Below, in pieces: positions 29,975 to 45,802 of a stretch of 64,000 nt of DNA (position 1 is the first letter of the stretch; each line of letters begins with the position of its first letter). Both the position numbers and the translations under genes were made by a program. The notes beneath the pieces are model-generated. The model was not told the DNA's origin and ran no database searches. It worked only from the letters and a program-made list of their open reading frames with translations. Location: assembly GCF_009914755.1 (NCBI RefSeq), contig NC_060930.1. One strand, written 5' to 3'. This DNA is from the human T2T-CHM13v2.0 reference genome, Homo sapiens.

Positions 29975-30446
29975 GTGAGACTGTTCCCATTCGCTCCGCA
30001 GATCCACCCTCCATCCTCCTTCAGGCAGCTCTGCCCCACAGAGGCTCTGCCCTCCGTGGACAGCATCCACCCAGTTCCCTTGCCTTCTGGCTCTGACTGA
30101 GGCTGCCTAATGGGAGGCACTGGCATCAGGAGATGGGAGATCCAAGGGGTTCAATAAGGATATTTATTCTTTTGGCTCCTTCCTGGCCATGCTGCTGTAG
30201 GTTGATTGCATTCCTCTACCAGGGACACCTCTCCAGCTCCTGTTTCCCATCCCGACAGCCAGTCCCTCCCTCTTCCTTCCAGGCACAGTAACAGCTCCCT
30301 GACACTGCTGGCCCTGGGTGCTTCAGCATCCCTTCTTGGCTTCTCTTAACTCTGCCTGCATCCTTATAAAGACTCCCTTCAGTAGACGCTCTTCAATTAC
30401 CCCATTTGCACGAGCCACGTGTTTCCGACTGGAACCCCGAGACACA
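29975..30446 (+). mobile_element. ERVL LTR (LTR33/LTR16 family)
   Basis: AATGGGAGGCACTGGCA..CAGGAGAT; GTAACAGCTCCC...GCCCTGGGTGCTTCAGCATCCCTT. Confidence 0.75.
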
Positions 30447-31539
30447 ATGGCTTTAAAATTAAATCAGAATCAGGCACAATAAAAAAGAAACCGAAGCAAT
30501 CAATTCTGAGCCTCATACAGGAGGAATGGAAAGCGTGGCACATGCCAAGAAAACAAAACCACACACACCGAAATAATCAAATCAGATACCACCCCCCTTC
30601 CCCACTGTCGCCAAGAATGTGTGGAGGATGGAGCCATCTCTTGCCGGATCAGGGTTTACACCTGAAATAAAAGCTTAAAATTCTATTTATGCACAAACTA
30701 CTGACCCTTGAAACAGCTTGTGGGAGGCCCGGCAGAGGAATCATAGCTGTATGCCCATTTTATGGAGGGACAAACTGAGAATGGAAGGGATCATGAGGCC
30801 AGACCTGATAAAAACGCGAGGAATGCCCCAGGGCCAGCTAAGGCTCCTGAGTCCAGCAATCCGCCTCTGGCAGGCTCTGTGGAGCTTCCCACAGTGGCCT
30901 TCTACACCTCCACTGCATCCCAGACATTTTTAAATCCTTCTAAACACTTCTAGAACTACCATCCATGGACATCCATTGGATCCTCAACTATTTACAACTC
31001 TGCAAAATCAAGAGACACCCTCCGCCCCATTCCAGAAGCTGCCAAAAACCATTATGTGAATCCACAATCCCTGACCATTTCCCAGAGAAAATTTTCTAGA
31101 AATTAATGGATGTCCAGGCCCAGAGCAGCCCTCCTCCACTTCCTGGGGCATTCTCCACACCATATGGGTCCAAGAAATGGTCTTACGACTGCTTTGCTGT
31201 AAAATATTCCAACACCAAGAACTCCCGAGAAGCGACCTGTTTGAGGATGAAGAGGCTGAATCTTTCAGGGTCGTCCTGCTTCTGCGTCTTCTTCCTTCAG
31301 CATTCTCCACAGCCAGGGCCTGCAGGAGTGACCCAAAGAGCACAGTCAGGACATCTGGCTTCAGCATGGGAACAGTGAGTATCAATCAGGGAGAGGTCGG
31401 AGGAGTGACCTGGGATGGAGCCCTGAAGAACCCAGCAGCTGATGGGCCCACCCAGGACGAGGACCCAGCAAAGGCTGCTGAGGAAGGTCCCGGGGGAGAA
31501 GAGGACTTAGGAGACCAAGACGTTCAACTTCATTCTGGT

Positions 31540-32760
31540 TATTCAGGCTCTAAACCCAAGTCATCATGGCTTTCCTCTTTCCCTCACACCCCACGTCTAA
31601 TCCATCAGCAAAGGACGCCAGCTTCAACGTAAAGTAATATCCAGACCCTCACCGTTTCTCGACACCTCCACTGGTACCACTTTAGTCCAAGCAAGCAGCA
31701 TCTCTCATTAGGTTATTGTGATAACCCCCTAATTAGTTGTCCCACTCCTCCCCTCACCTTTCTATAACCATGTCTTGGGGGTTGAACTGTGTCTCCCCAA
31801 GATTCCTATGTTGACATCCTGACCCCTAGGATCTCAGAATGTGGCATATTAGGAGACAGGGTCATTGAAGATGTCATATTAGGAAACAGGGTCATTGATG
31901 ATATAAATAGTTAAGACGAGGTCCTACTGAAGTAGGATGGGGGTTCCTAATCCAAAATGACTCTGGTGTCCTTATAAAAAGGGGATATTTGGAAGATTGG
32001 AGGTTTTCTGCCACAAGCCAAGAAGCTACCCAGAGTTGGAAAGGAGCCCGAAACAGACCCTTCCCTGGAGTCTCCAGAGGAGCATGGCCCTGCCAACACC
32101 TTGATCTTGGACTTGCAGCCTCCAGAGCTGTGAGACAATAAATCTGTGGTTTAAGCCACCCAGTGTGTGGTACTTGGTTATAGCAGCCCAAGCTAACAAA
32201 TACAGCATGCTCCCCAGAGCAGCCTAAGTGATCATTTAAAAATCACTCTTCTGCTCAGAACACTCCTGTAGTATTTCATCTGTATCAAAGTAAAAGCCAA
32301 AGTCCTTGAAATGGCCACAGTCCACATGACTTGGCTGGGCCTCCTCCCTGATGGACTGAGACACCTGACCTCTTCTCCTCCTACTCTGCCCTTCCTCCAT
32401 TTCCTCCAGCCACAATGGCTTCCTCAAACATCCAGGCAGGCTCCTGCCTCAGCCCTCCATACTTGCTCTTCCCCATCCCTGGAGCACTCTTCCCCCAGGC
32501 ATCTGTCACTTCCTACAGGTTTCTGCTCTCACGTCCTTTGCAGTGAGGCCCACCTCAAACCCCGGCCCCCTTCCTAGCCTCCTTCCCTGTTGTATTTCTC
32601 TTTGCAACCCTTATTACCACCTGACATTTATTATTTTTTTCATCCCCCTTTCCCCACTTCCCTTAGACTGTAAATTCCCTGAGAGCAGGGACATCGTATT
32701 ATGGTGTGCCCAGAGCCTGGCACATAGTAGGTGCTCAAGAAATAGCTGTTGAAAGACTTT
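31540..32760 (+). mobile_element. L2 3' portion, inserted into an antisense L2 (~31380-31530 and ~32770-32910)
   Basis: CTTAGACTGTAAATTCCCTGAGAGCAGGGAC...CCTGGCACATAGTAGGTGCTCAAGAAATA. Confidence 0.85.
31773..32204 (+). mobile_element. MLT1B/C MaLR solo LTR
   Basis: GCATGGCCCTGCCAACACCTTGATCTTGGACTT; ends AATACA; near-TSD CCATG/GCATG. Confidence 0.88.
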
Positions 32761-33774
32761 GTATGATGGAATCAAAGAAGCCAAGAGAAAAGAGAGTTGC
32801 AAGAAGGAGGAAGCTGTCCAGTGTCAAAAGCAGCAAAGAGCCCAGACAGATAAGGACTGAAGTGTCCGTTGTGTGTGGCAACATGGAAGCCGTGGGTGAC
32901 CTTAGAGAGGGCAGCCCCTGCAGAAGGCAGGAGGCCTCTGCAGCAAACCCACCGGGTCCCTGCTCTGGACCAGGCATAAGCCCCCACCAGTGGAGGCCAG
33001 CCTGCGTGGGCTATGTTAGCGAAGGCAGATTATTTCCACACATCCATCTGTAAGGGGAGGAGAAAAGAGAAGGTAAGGCTGAGGGGTGTGAAGGGCTGAG
33101 GAAGTTGCTGCTGCAGGACTGAGGCGTGAGGTCCCAGGGGCCGCAGGAAGCATGGGGATCCCTGTCCAGGGAGAGGGTTCTCTCTGGCCAGGAGGAAGGA
33201 TGTCTCTTTCTCTGAGTGCAAGGAAACCAGGTGGGAACGAGCCCAGATGCAGGTCAGCACACAGGAGGGCAGGTGGGAACCTGAGTGGGCTCGCCGTGGA
33301 GTAATATTTTCAGTGAACACAGAAGCCAGGTTGTCTCCTGAGTGGTGAAGGGCAGACAGGAGAGGAGGCTGGGGTGCACGTCCCACTGTGGGTATCAAGT
33401 GCGGGCGTGGCCCTGAAACCCAGCACCTCCTGACGTTTCTGCCCTAGGTGGCTTACTCTCTCACCCTAGTCCACACCCTGACTGGAGACAGCCAGCTGCT
33501 GGCCAGTATCCCAGAGGGCCCTGCTCTAGCCAGAGGCCGTGGTTTCGTAGAGGCACAATCTGCATGGATGTGGGGTTTTCTGTGACAGCCCTCAGTAGCC
33601 AGGGTTTAGGAGGAGAAGTTCCTAAAGCTGAATTCAAAGGCCCCAAGCAGTTCCATCTCTTTCTGTGAAGGCTTCATCATTCTCCCGGGCTCCCAGACTC
33701 AGAACCTCATACTCCACTCCCCTAATCCCTCCCAGTCACAAAACCATGCCTCTTCCCGCATGAGAAGATTCATT

Positions 33775-33945
33775 ATTCCTTGAGCACCTACTAAGTGCTG
33801 GGTGTGTTACAAGTTAAAATCCTCAAACAAGAGTCCTGTGAAGTGTTTTTAGCCTCTATCTATAGATGACAAAACAGGTTGAAAGAGATGAAGTAATTTG
33901 CTCAAGGGCACACAGGTAGCAAGTGGCAGAGCTAAGATTTGAAAC
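33775..33945 (-). mobile_element. MIR within an L2 fragment
   Basis: AGAGATGAAGTAATTTGCTCAAGGGCACACAGGTAGCAAGTGGCAGAGCTAAGATTTGAA. Confidence 0.8.
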
Positions 33946-36900
33946 CTTCCACTTCCCTCTCGTCTTTTCTACATACACTACCACCACCCTAGTCCAAGTC
34001 CTCAACATTTCATTCCTAACTCTTGACATGATAAATGTCTCCTAAGTTACCTCCCAGCACTGCCCATTTACAGTTCACAAATCGAGACGGATCTTCTTAC
34101 AGCATTGCATTTACTAATCCCGGCTCCATGCTTTGGCTTTGGAGGCTCCTCAATACAGGAACATTCCAAGCTCCACAGCCATCCCTTGGGATCCTTCATA
34201 AATGGTGCACATCTCCTTCTTCAATCTTGTTTCCCATGCGTACCTCTGCTCACCCCATCTGTAATCCCCTGCCCAGTCCATGCACCCCGTCAAGGTCCTA
34301 ACACCCAGCACATTCCTCCCCTGCAGCTCTGCCCTCTGGCCACCCAGCTCCAGCCCTCTCCTGCAGTCTGCTGGGTGGCACCAACCCAGCTTACCAAGCT
34401 CTCCTGGCTCTTCTGAGCTCACTGCATCTAGCTTCTCTGGGCAAGAGCTCCCTGTGCCCATGTGGACTGCCAGCTTCTTGAGGGCAATGAATCGTGTATT
34501 GACAATGCTTGCAACTGCCCGCTGCTCAACACAGTGTCTCAGTTATTTGATCCACAGAACAATTCTGATGCTCAGGTGATATGATTCCAGAAGTTTTTCA
34601 GAAAATGTAGGAGAACCAAGATGGCCAAGTGAAGAGACACAGGGCCTTCTTGAAGCTGGGAGGCATACCTATTCTTCCTGTGCAGGAGGCACCAGAGTCC
34701 GGCACCTCCTAACATCCACTCTAACGGGGAGGAGGATGGCTGGGTTTGGCTCCTCCCTCCTCTTCCTGCACCTGCATATTCAAGGTCTTGGTGTCCTTCC
34801 TTTACCACCCTTTCACATGCTTTTGTAGACATAGATAGATATACTCTCTTCTTCCTTCTTCAAGGGAGAGCTTGAAATGTGAGAAATCCAGCTGTGTGGA
34901 GAAGCTCATGGTGACTGGCAGAACAGTCAGGACTGGGCAACCAGAAGCAGGAAAAAGAATATTCTATTTTGGGAAATGAGGAGCTGGACTGATCCACTTC
35001 GATCACCAGCTATGGACCACCATCTAACAATTCTGGGATTCCCAGAGCCACAAGAGGGAGATGCCTGGGAAAGGTGAAAATCAGCAAAACACTCAAGGGC
35101 CATCTGATCACCCCAGGCAGACAGGCAGATCTGGGTAACATGGGGCTGAGAGAAAACCACAGGTTTCAAGGGGATGCTGTCACCAAGATGCCCCATAAGA
35201 AATCAGGATCTGCCCAAACCAGGGGCAACCAAAGGGGCATTGTACTCCTCAGGACTTAGCTGAAGTCACAGGAGCACTGGAGTCAGGCCTGCGATCAAAT
35301 CCTGACCTCGTCAGCCAGGTCAGCCTTCACCTCTTGGAGGCTGGCTCTGCATGAGTGACTGTGAGGCCTAAATAAAATTAAGTGTATAGAAGTATAATAT
35401 CTAGCACAGGCCTGGCCTTACATAAGGGGCACACTCAGTGTTGCTCCCCTCCCCCTTTCCAGCCTTCAGACCTCACAGCTCTCTCCACTCTTACTAACAG
35501 AAACAAGCACAGAGGCCACAGAGCATTTCCCAGCAAGAAGGTTTGCAAAGAAGGATGGCAGAAGTCCGCAAAGAAACAAACAGGCCACCCCACTGCTGGT
35601 AAGAGAGAAGCACCGGACCTCGGTGAATGCCCGGGTTTCAAAACACACAAAGCTCCGAGCCTCTGATTGTACCTAAACAGGAAGTTTGTGACAAACTTAG
35701 AAAACACGCATGCACAATGGCAAGAGGCTGCACGCCACTGAGAAAAGATGAAATCCGGCCCTGCTGGGGGCTCTGTGTGGAGGAGAGGCGTGCAGAGCCA
35801 ACACTCCCACCGCACCAAGATCTTCCTGGCTGTAGGGAGGCACCCTTACCCTGGGCTTCTCCTCACCCCAAGCATGGGAGGGATTTGGGCCAAAATGTGT
35901 GGAGCTGCTCTGGTTTCCAAAGCCAGGCTCTGCTCACCCCCTCCTGCTCTCTCTCCCACCCCTACCCACTCAGGCATCTAGGACATCAGGTACTCCCAAC
36001 AGCTGGCAGGGGCCTGGTGACTGAGGTGTATAGCAGGGGACCATTTTTCAGCTGGGAGATCTTAGCACAGAAAGGGGAAGTGACACACAGAGGTCCCGCA
36101 GAGCTCCCATCCCCGATCTGATCTCCATCTGGCTGCCCGGCCAGCGTCTGTATCATCGGGCCCTTTAGCATTCCACAATGGGGTCCTCAGCTGCCATCTC
36201 CTTCCACTTTGACACCCTGCCTGGCCCTAACATTTTTACTTGCATTGCTCACACCAGTATGGGGCTCGATAACTTCAGTTCACTTATCTGAAAGTGCAGG
36301 CAAATGTGGACACAATCTGTGTCTCATCTCAAGTAGAGGACAAACTTGGGAGATTGTTCACAATCTCCCAAGTGCCCGTGGAATGGGCCCTGCATCCAGG
36401 CAGTATACTTGGTGGCTGTGCTCCAGTAAATACTCGGTAGATTAATACACAACATCAATACCTTCCTATTGTACCTCCCCAACCAGGTTATGTCCCACTT
36501 GTCTCTGAGTCACCCTCAGCAAGGACAGGTCCCTCTACCCCTCCTGAGTGGAGGGCCCAGCTGTAAACTCAGTCTCCTGATGGTTGGCTCCTCGGCGCCC
36601 CCACACAGCACCTCCCGCAGTGGTTTCCTCGCCCCCCCAAGTTAGGTTCCTTTTTAAAAAAATGACTCATTTAGGAAGAGACAAAACCAAGAACTTCAAT
36701 GGTAAAGATAAAACAGCAAGCACCAAGACTCTAAACACCTCCCACTCCATGTAGAATTTAGATCCGATAAAGCTTCCCCAAACTGGACCTCCTAATTTGG
36801 AACTTACGGTATACACAATTCTTCTAGCAAAGACACTTCCAGTAATGTCTCAATGTTTCAGCGTCTTCTTTACAAATAGAGATGGCCCCAGGACTCCAGG

Positions 36901-37212
36901 CAGTAGTTTTTTCAAAATGAGGGAATGAGAAATTAAAGATTAAAGTCCACGCTTTGGACTTCTGGGTCAAAAAAGTAATTATTTGATGTTTTACTACATT
37001 TATGATTCTAATTTATTGATTGCAGGACATAGGCATTATATCACAGGCCTAATGAGAATTATGGGGAGTTTTTTAGTTAAAAAATGACTTCTTGGTATGT
37101 AAGAAGTTTATGACATTTGTGCACAGTATCTGAAAGGAATGAAATTATATGATACAATACAGAGAATAGTAACATTTTAGGGCTAAAATGAGCAATTAAG
37201 ATGACCCGAATC

Positions 37213-37365
37213 CAGGGGTTCCCAATGTTAGCTGCATTTCTGAAAAAAATTCCCAGGCTCCCCAAGATTCTGACACATTCAGTCTGGAGTGGGGCTCTGA
37301 CATCAACTGTTTCCTTTTATAAGTTTCCCAGTGATTTTAATGTGCCTACAGGGTTGAGAACTGCT
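37213..37365. mobile_element. MER5-family DNA transposon
   Basis: CAGGGGTTCCCAA...CCCAGTGATTTTAATGTG...GGGTTGAGAACTGCT. Confidence 0.7.
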
Positions 37366-37367
37366 TA

Positions 37368-37711
<344 letters not shown>

Positions 37712-38677
37712 CTGAGGAGTCCAAAACTGCATAGTCAGTCAGACCCAAAACCAGAACTGAATCTAAAATCTGCACCCCCACCCAGTCCGGTTCTACACGT
37801 TTGCTCAGGTTTTTGGTATTCACAGATTTGCTAAAACTTTTTTTTTAAACAAACAAACAAAAGAGGGGACTAACTAGGGCTGCCAACTTTTGTTTTGTCA
37901 AGCAAAGGTATTTTACAAATATCTACCAGTTATCATACTATTACCACTTCCTGATGTGTCTCTTGTCTATTTGCATACCTGCTGCCCTCTCTGGCCCAGT
38001 CTCCACCCAGGAGGTAAAATTTCACAATATCTGGCCCCGCCCACTGTTGCATTCACCTTCACTCACCCTGCTCCTTATGACAAATCCAATCAAAACCCAG
38101 GCCTAAAAACTTCTCCGTCTCCTCCTTCTCTAACTCCAGTTTCTGAAAGTCTCTTCTGTAACCACAAACTACTTCCCAGTCCCTCTAAACCTACCCTTCA
38201 CCTTCCTCCTGACCTCCACATGAAAACATCTGTACAAGCCATACTAACAGTTTTGCTATTCCACACACATTATCCCTTCTAAATGTCTCCCCTACCAACG
38301 ATATACCAGCAACTATTCAAAGAGGCTGCCTCTGAGGAGCAGAATTAGGGGGTAAAGGATGGATGCAGGGGAAGGGGGGGTCTCTTTATACCCTACCATT
38401 CGAATTTGGGAAAGCATATATTCTTTTCAATGGACACAAATCACACATACACACATACACACAGCAGGTTACAAAATGCATCTCTGATTTGCTTCTGTAT
38501 TTATAAAAACACAAAAAATTGTCTGGGAAGTATGCATGTCCAGGTTCTAAATGTAAACGATATCTGAGTGGTGGGATTATGGGTGACATTATTTTCACTT
38601 CCCTTTCCTCTTTGTTATCTTTGTTATGTTTTGTTTACATAACAAAGAAAAAATAATAGTTTAAAACCTGAACCAGA

Positions 38678-38786
38678 GCTGGGCATGGTGACACATGCCT
38701 ATAGTCTCAGCTACTTGGGAGGCTAAGGCAAGGGAATCACTTGAGTGCCTGGGCAACATAGCAAGATCCCATCTCTTTAAACAAAA
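38678..38786 (+). mobile_element. FLAM-like Alu monomer
   Basis: Short monomer; near-TSD AAAACC(A)TGAACCA. Confidence 0.8.
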
Positions 38787-40139
38787 ACCATGAACCAAGG
38801 CATTATCTGATGTCCGAAACCTACATAGTTTAAAAAGCAAAGGTACCAGAGCAGGTCACAGACTGGCATAGAGAATTATCTCTTTTCTGTAAAATGAAGG
38901 GTCTTCCCCAGCCAGGCCCTCCTGGCTTCTGTGCGTGGCCTGGGTCCTGAGTCTACCACTGGCATTGACCCCAAGTCAACCCTTGGCCCTGCCAGCCCCC
39001 AAGAACAGATGCAGAAGAAATGTCCTCACATAGGTATAAAGCCCCTTCCAGAGCCTCTCTGGCCTTCTGAGGTCACCCCCTATCAGCTCTCCCTGGCCCC
39101 TGAGGAGGATCCACTATCCTCTCCTGAGTGTCTCCTCTGAGCCCTGGTTTTCGCTGTTTTCCTCTATGTTTTTCCCAGGCTATGCTCCCCAAGGCTTTCT
39201 GAGTCTCTGCAAAGGGGAGCAGCCACATACAATCCAAGTAACCCTCAGGCCCACAACCTGTAAATCAGGAGCCCAGAAACTCTTTAGATGGAGTGCAAAC
39301 GGTGGGATTCTCCACAGTCCCCACGGCTCCCTAATGTTTTACAAGGCAGTGAAGAGGGGTGGCGGAGTGCTCTAGGCAGCAAGAACAGAACTGAGAGTTC
39401 AAAGGCCTGGAGGTCAGAGGGTAGGTGATGTGTTCAGGGAAGTAAAAGGCATTCAGGATAACTGGAGTGTCTCTGAGCACGTCCAAGGCCTAGCAGAGAG
39501 AAAACTCTAAGGAAACTTACCAAAATTCACAAGGGCCAGCAAAGAAGGGCCTAAACAAAGAACTCTCAACCTTTCATCTGCTGTGTCTCCTTCCAAATGC
39601 TTCCTCACTTGATCTACCCTTCCAGTGTCTAGGAGGATCTAGGCCAACAGGAGTGGGTGGCAAAATAGGAATAGAGAAAAAAGAAATGAGATTAAGCAGC
39701 CCCACACAGGAGGCAGACTGAGGTCCTCCCAATGTAGCGGTTCCCGAGGCCAAGAGACCTGATGCTCAACCCCCTCCTTGGCATCAGCTCCAAAGGCAAA
39801 GGACATTTGCAATGTATCCAAACTTCTGGGGCTCTCGAGGTAGCTTTTTAAAGAACTTTGAGACTTCAAGAGTGCCAAAACACAGATTGGCATGCTCAAC
39901 CAGATGCATCTGTGACCTGTGTGAGGCCTTCTGGGGAACCCTACAGAGCTGGACTAGCATTCAGCCCCTGTCCTATAAGAAAGAAGCCATTGGCAATTCT
40001 GTCTCCTTAAATGTCCCCCCACATTGTGCTTGTATATGGCAAGCTCATCTGCTCAGGGGGAAATCTTGCCCTGTAGCAGCACTGTTCTGTTTAAGTAGGA
40101 GGTATGTGCCTGTTTTCCCTCCCTCAAAATCTCAACTAA

Positions 40140-40445
40140 GGCTGGGCGCAGTGGCTCATCCCTGTAATCTCAGCATTTTGGGAGGCCAAGGAGGGTGGAT
40201 CACTTGAGGTCAGGAGTTCGAGATCAGCCTGGCCAACATGGTGAAACCCCGTCTCTACTAAAAATACAAAAATTAGCCGGGCATGGTGGCAGGTGCCTGT
40301 AATCCCAGCTACTCAGGAGGCTGAGGCATGAGAATCACTTGAACCCAGAAGCCAGAGGTTGCAGTGAGCCGAGATCAAGCCACTGCACTCCAGCCTGGGT
40401 GACAGAGCAAAATTCAGTCTCAAAAAACAAAAACAAAAACAAAAA
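40140..40445 (+). mobile_element. AluSx-like
   Basis: Full dimer; TSD core CTCAACTA. Confidence 0.95.
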
Positions 40446-41490
40446 CCCCTCAACTAGACTGTAAGCTCCTACTAGAGTCAGCTCTAGCTTCTGTTCTTCA
40501 TTTGCCTTAAAGAAAGTCCTCCCTGTTGGCTTTTGTTGAGCTCTTACTAACCAAGTAGAAAGCCAGTTCTCAAACCCATCAGCTCCTACATGAGGCTTCT
40601 GTCCAACAGCTACGGCTCTCACTGGGCTACAGGGACAGTTCTTTCCAATGGAGTTCCTTCAGGCCTCAGAGTGGCAATGGCTTCCCCCCACAGGACCATT
40701 CCCCTGTGACCACTTAGAGTCCAGTCTCTGGGTGCTGTATCCTCCCAGTCAGTTCCCTTCCCCCTAACTAACTTAAAGTCTCTTCAACTAAACCTTTTGA
40801 GTGAAAGAAAACTCACGACCTAGGATTCGCACCTAAGAAAGCTGGATTCTCATTGGAGACTTTGGAGATGCGCACACTCAAAACAGCCAGACAACATCCC
40901 AAGGGATGGCAGAGAATCGCCTGCCACTGATGCCTAATAGAGAGATGGAGAGGGATGAGAAGGTCTCAGAGGAAGTGAGATCTGAGTTGGGTCTCAAAAA
41001 ATGGGTTCAATGGGGTCAACTGGAGAGGAAGTAGGAAGACCATCCCAAGCAGTGGGCCAGCACACACGTGGCACTGACCACAGGGTGGGTGGGGCCCCAC
41101 TACGGAGGAATGAGACCCTGAGTCAGGCAAAGGGTAAGAGTGTGTGTTCGGGAGTCACGTCAGAATTGGTCTGAGCTCAACTCTACCTCTGGCTAGCTGA
41201 GCAACTGGGTAGCTTGCTAACCTCTCTCAGCTCCACATTTTTCCTCAGTAACAGGATGAAGACAAGGATAATCAGGGTACCCATGCTATGGTTGTTGTAA
41301 AGATTTAATGAGAGGATGCACATAAAATGCTGTCAATAAATATAATTTGTTATTCTTGCTACAGTCAAAATACCAGTGGCCATCCTGCTGGTGTGGCCGG
41401 GGCACTTTCTTCTTTCTAACAGCCACAGTGTTGTGAAGAAGGGAGCACTGGTGGACTGGGCACATCCTGAGTCACCTAAGAAGGGGAAGA

Positions 41491-42420
<930 letters not shown>

Positions 42421-42464
42421 GGGAAGAGCCTGCTAAGCCTTAGAATGCCCAGGCAGCCGGGGGC

Positions 42465-42843
42465 GGGTGTGTGCAGCTTGCCCCTACACACTCTGTTCTC
42501 TGCCCTTCCTGGACCACTGGCTATATCAGCTGGGCTCTCTGGGCTTCCAGCTGGATTTAGTTAAAGTGAGAGCATTTATTCCCCCTTCCTCCTCTTCACC
42601 ACAGTTTGACAGTGGTTGTGTCTCGTCACCATCACAGCTGTTGTCGAGGCCCTTTCTACCCATCCCTGGGGCTCCTTCCTTCTGGCCGAGGGGAGGTAAT
42701 AGCTTCCCACTGTTGTCAGCTCTGGGGAGCCTCACCAGCCTTAGATGGTTTCCCTCACCATGCCCACACATCTGTAAATAGTCCTCTCCAGTTAAACCCT
42801 CTGTGTGTACCAGTCATTTCCTGCCAGAGCTCTGACTGACAGA
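42465..42843 (+). mobile_element. ERVL LTR (LTR33/LTR16 family)
   Basis: GGTAATAGCTTCCCACTGTTG; TGCCCACACATCTGTAAATAGTCC; ends CTGACTGACA. Confidence 0.75.
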
Positions 42844-42965
42844 GCAAGACCTACATCCACCTACCAGATAGATGGGGCTGAGAGGACAGCCCGGTCCTAC
42901 CCTCACCCCCTACCATCTCCTCAGAGGTAGAAATGTGAACGGCAGTGTTTAAGACATAAGCACCT

Positions 42966-43263
42966 GGCCAGGTGTGGTGGCTCACACCTGCAATCCCAGC
43001 ACTTTGGGAGGCTGACATGGGTGGATTGCCTGAGCTAAGGAGTTCGAGGCCACTCTGGGCAACATGGTAAAACCCTGTCTCTACTAAAAAAATACAAAAA
43101 ATTAGCCGGGTGTGGTGGCGTGCACCTGTGGTCCCAGCTATTCAGGAGGCTGAAGCATGAGAATTGCTTGAACCTGGGAGATGGAGGTTGTAGTGAGCCA
43201 AGGTTGCACCACTCCAGCCTGGGCAACAGAGCAAGATTCTGTCAAAAAAAAAAAAAAAAAAAA
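42966..43263 (+). mobile_element. AluS
   Basis: Full dimer; TSD AAGACATAAGCACC at 42951-42964 and 43262-43275. Confidence 0.95.
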
Positions 43264-44624
43264 GACATAAGCACCAATGTGTTTTGCCCAAAAGTAATTA
43301 TACGGGAAATTAACACCCCTGGAAGCTGGAAGAAACCCAGGAAGCTCAGGGTAAAGCGACTGTCCCAGCCCAGGCAGGGCCTTCTGTGTTCTTCCAAGTC
43401 CATCACACAATGGGGCGCCAACAAAGTCACAGGCTCTAGATGGGTGCCTGGCATATGGTAGGCACTTCATAAACACCTGTTCATGAAGATGCCTTCTGGC
43501 TGAAGATGCAAGCCCGAAATCCAAGAGATCCTGCAGAATTGGATACTCCATGAAAGCCACCGCTCTGTGGAGCAGCTCCGGAGCCACCCTTTGCTCATCA
43601 TCCCATGCACATGAAGCTCAGAGGAGCCTCTTCTTTATCCACACAAATGCTAGTTCCTCCTCTCTTAGCAAGAAATGCCTGAGGCTGACAGCTGTCTCGT
43701 CACCTCTCTTGCTGATTTCGCTGCTCCTCATGCCCTCACAGGGCCAAACACAGCCTTGGTTTTGTGCAGTCCAAAAGCATTTATTAAGTGTCTACTATGT
43801 CCAAGCACCATGCCAGGCACTAAAGTTCCAAAGGCGATTAAGACAAAAGTCTCAGGGTCCAGGGACCACGAAGAACATGAAGGAGGAAGGCTACACACTG
43901 ACTGACTAAAGAGGATTCTCAAAGATGGGTGAAGAAGCCTGAACTAAACTGGTCTTGAAGACTGCGGCTGTGATTACTATGGGGGGCTGTGATCACGATC
44001 ACTATGGGGAAGGAGAGGGAAGGTGCAGGAGGTGTAAAGAGGGAAGTGGGAGCCTGGAGAACCCCTGGACAAGGGCAAGCAGAAGTGAACTTCACAGGGG
44101 CCAGAGCAGATAAGAACCAGGCAAGGGGCTTGTCTCAAATGGGGCCCCCTTGATTCAAAAACCAAGCACATTAAACAGAAGAAATGAAACCCGATTAGAA
44201 GCTGTCTCCTCCTGGCAGCCTCACAAGTCACAATGTCCCCCCTTTAGGAAATGTGAAGGCGGTGTGGCTGGGTCTGGGGGAAACTGCTTGTCCTGAAGGG
44301 GATGTTTCTCGGCCTACCACTCACCACCAAGCTCCCCAGATGTTGGGGTCAGCCCAATCAGTGTGAAGGGGGCCTGGCCACCCCCAGTTCCAGGGCACTG
44401 AGCACTCCCACCCCAAACAAAATAAAAACCTTTCACACATGCTTGCTCTTACTTGGAATTCTAAAATTAAACGTTCATTCCTCTCACCTAAAAGGTTTCT
44501 CCTTTTATAAGCTAATATGCAAATGCCTTGGAGAGGCTAAGTCTTAGCAGCCACATATCCGCTTAGCATGAATGCTTCCAGAGGATCGTTCCTGGAAAAC
44601 AGGCTTTGCGTGAGGGATGTCTGA

Positions 44625-45080
<456 letters not shown>

Positions 45081-45092
45081 TCCTCTAGCTAA

Positions 45093-45405
<313 letters not shown>

Positions 45406-45414
45406 TAAAAATAA

Positions 45415-45802
45415 AAATTTAATTAGCATACCAAAAACTTCACTCTTTTTTAAAGTGTACAATTCACTGATTTTTAGGATAGTCACAAGGTGGTACAACT
45501 ACTACTATGACTACTTTATTTCAGGGCATTCTCATCATCCCAAAGAAACCCCGTACCCATTCGCAGTCACTCTCTTTTCCTCTCTTCTCCTGACAGCTGC
45601 TTTCTATCTCTACAGATTTGCCCATTCCGGACATTTCCTATAAATGGGATTGTACACCATATGGCCTTTTGTGACTGGCTTCTTTCACTCAGCATAATGT
45701 CTTCAAGGTTCATCCATGTTGTAGCATGTATCAGTACTCCAACTGCTTTTATGGATGAATAACATTCCATTGTATGGATATAACACATTTCATTTATCCA
45801 TG
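45415..45802 (-). mobile_element. L1MB-type 3' end
   Basis: GACTGGCTTCTTTCACTCAGCATAATGT...GTTCATCCATGTTGTAGCATGTATCAGTA. Confidence 0.88.

Noticed and set aside
31177-31632. 151-aa ORF with an acidic C-terminal half
   Set aside because: Acidic part is purine-rich antisense L2 sequence; no recognisable domain.
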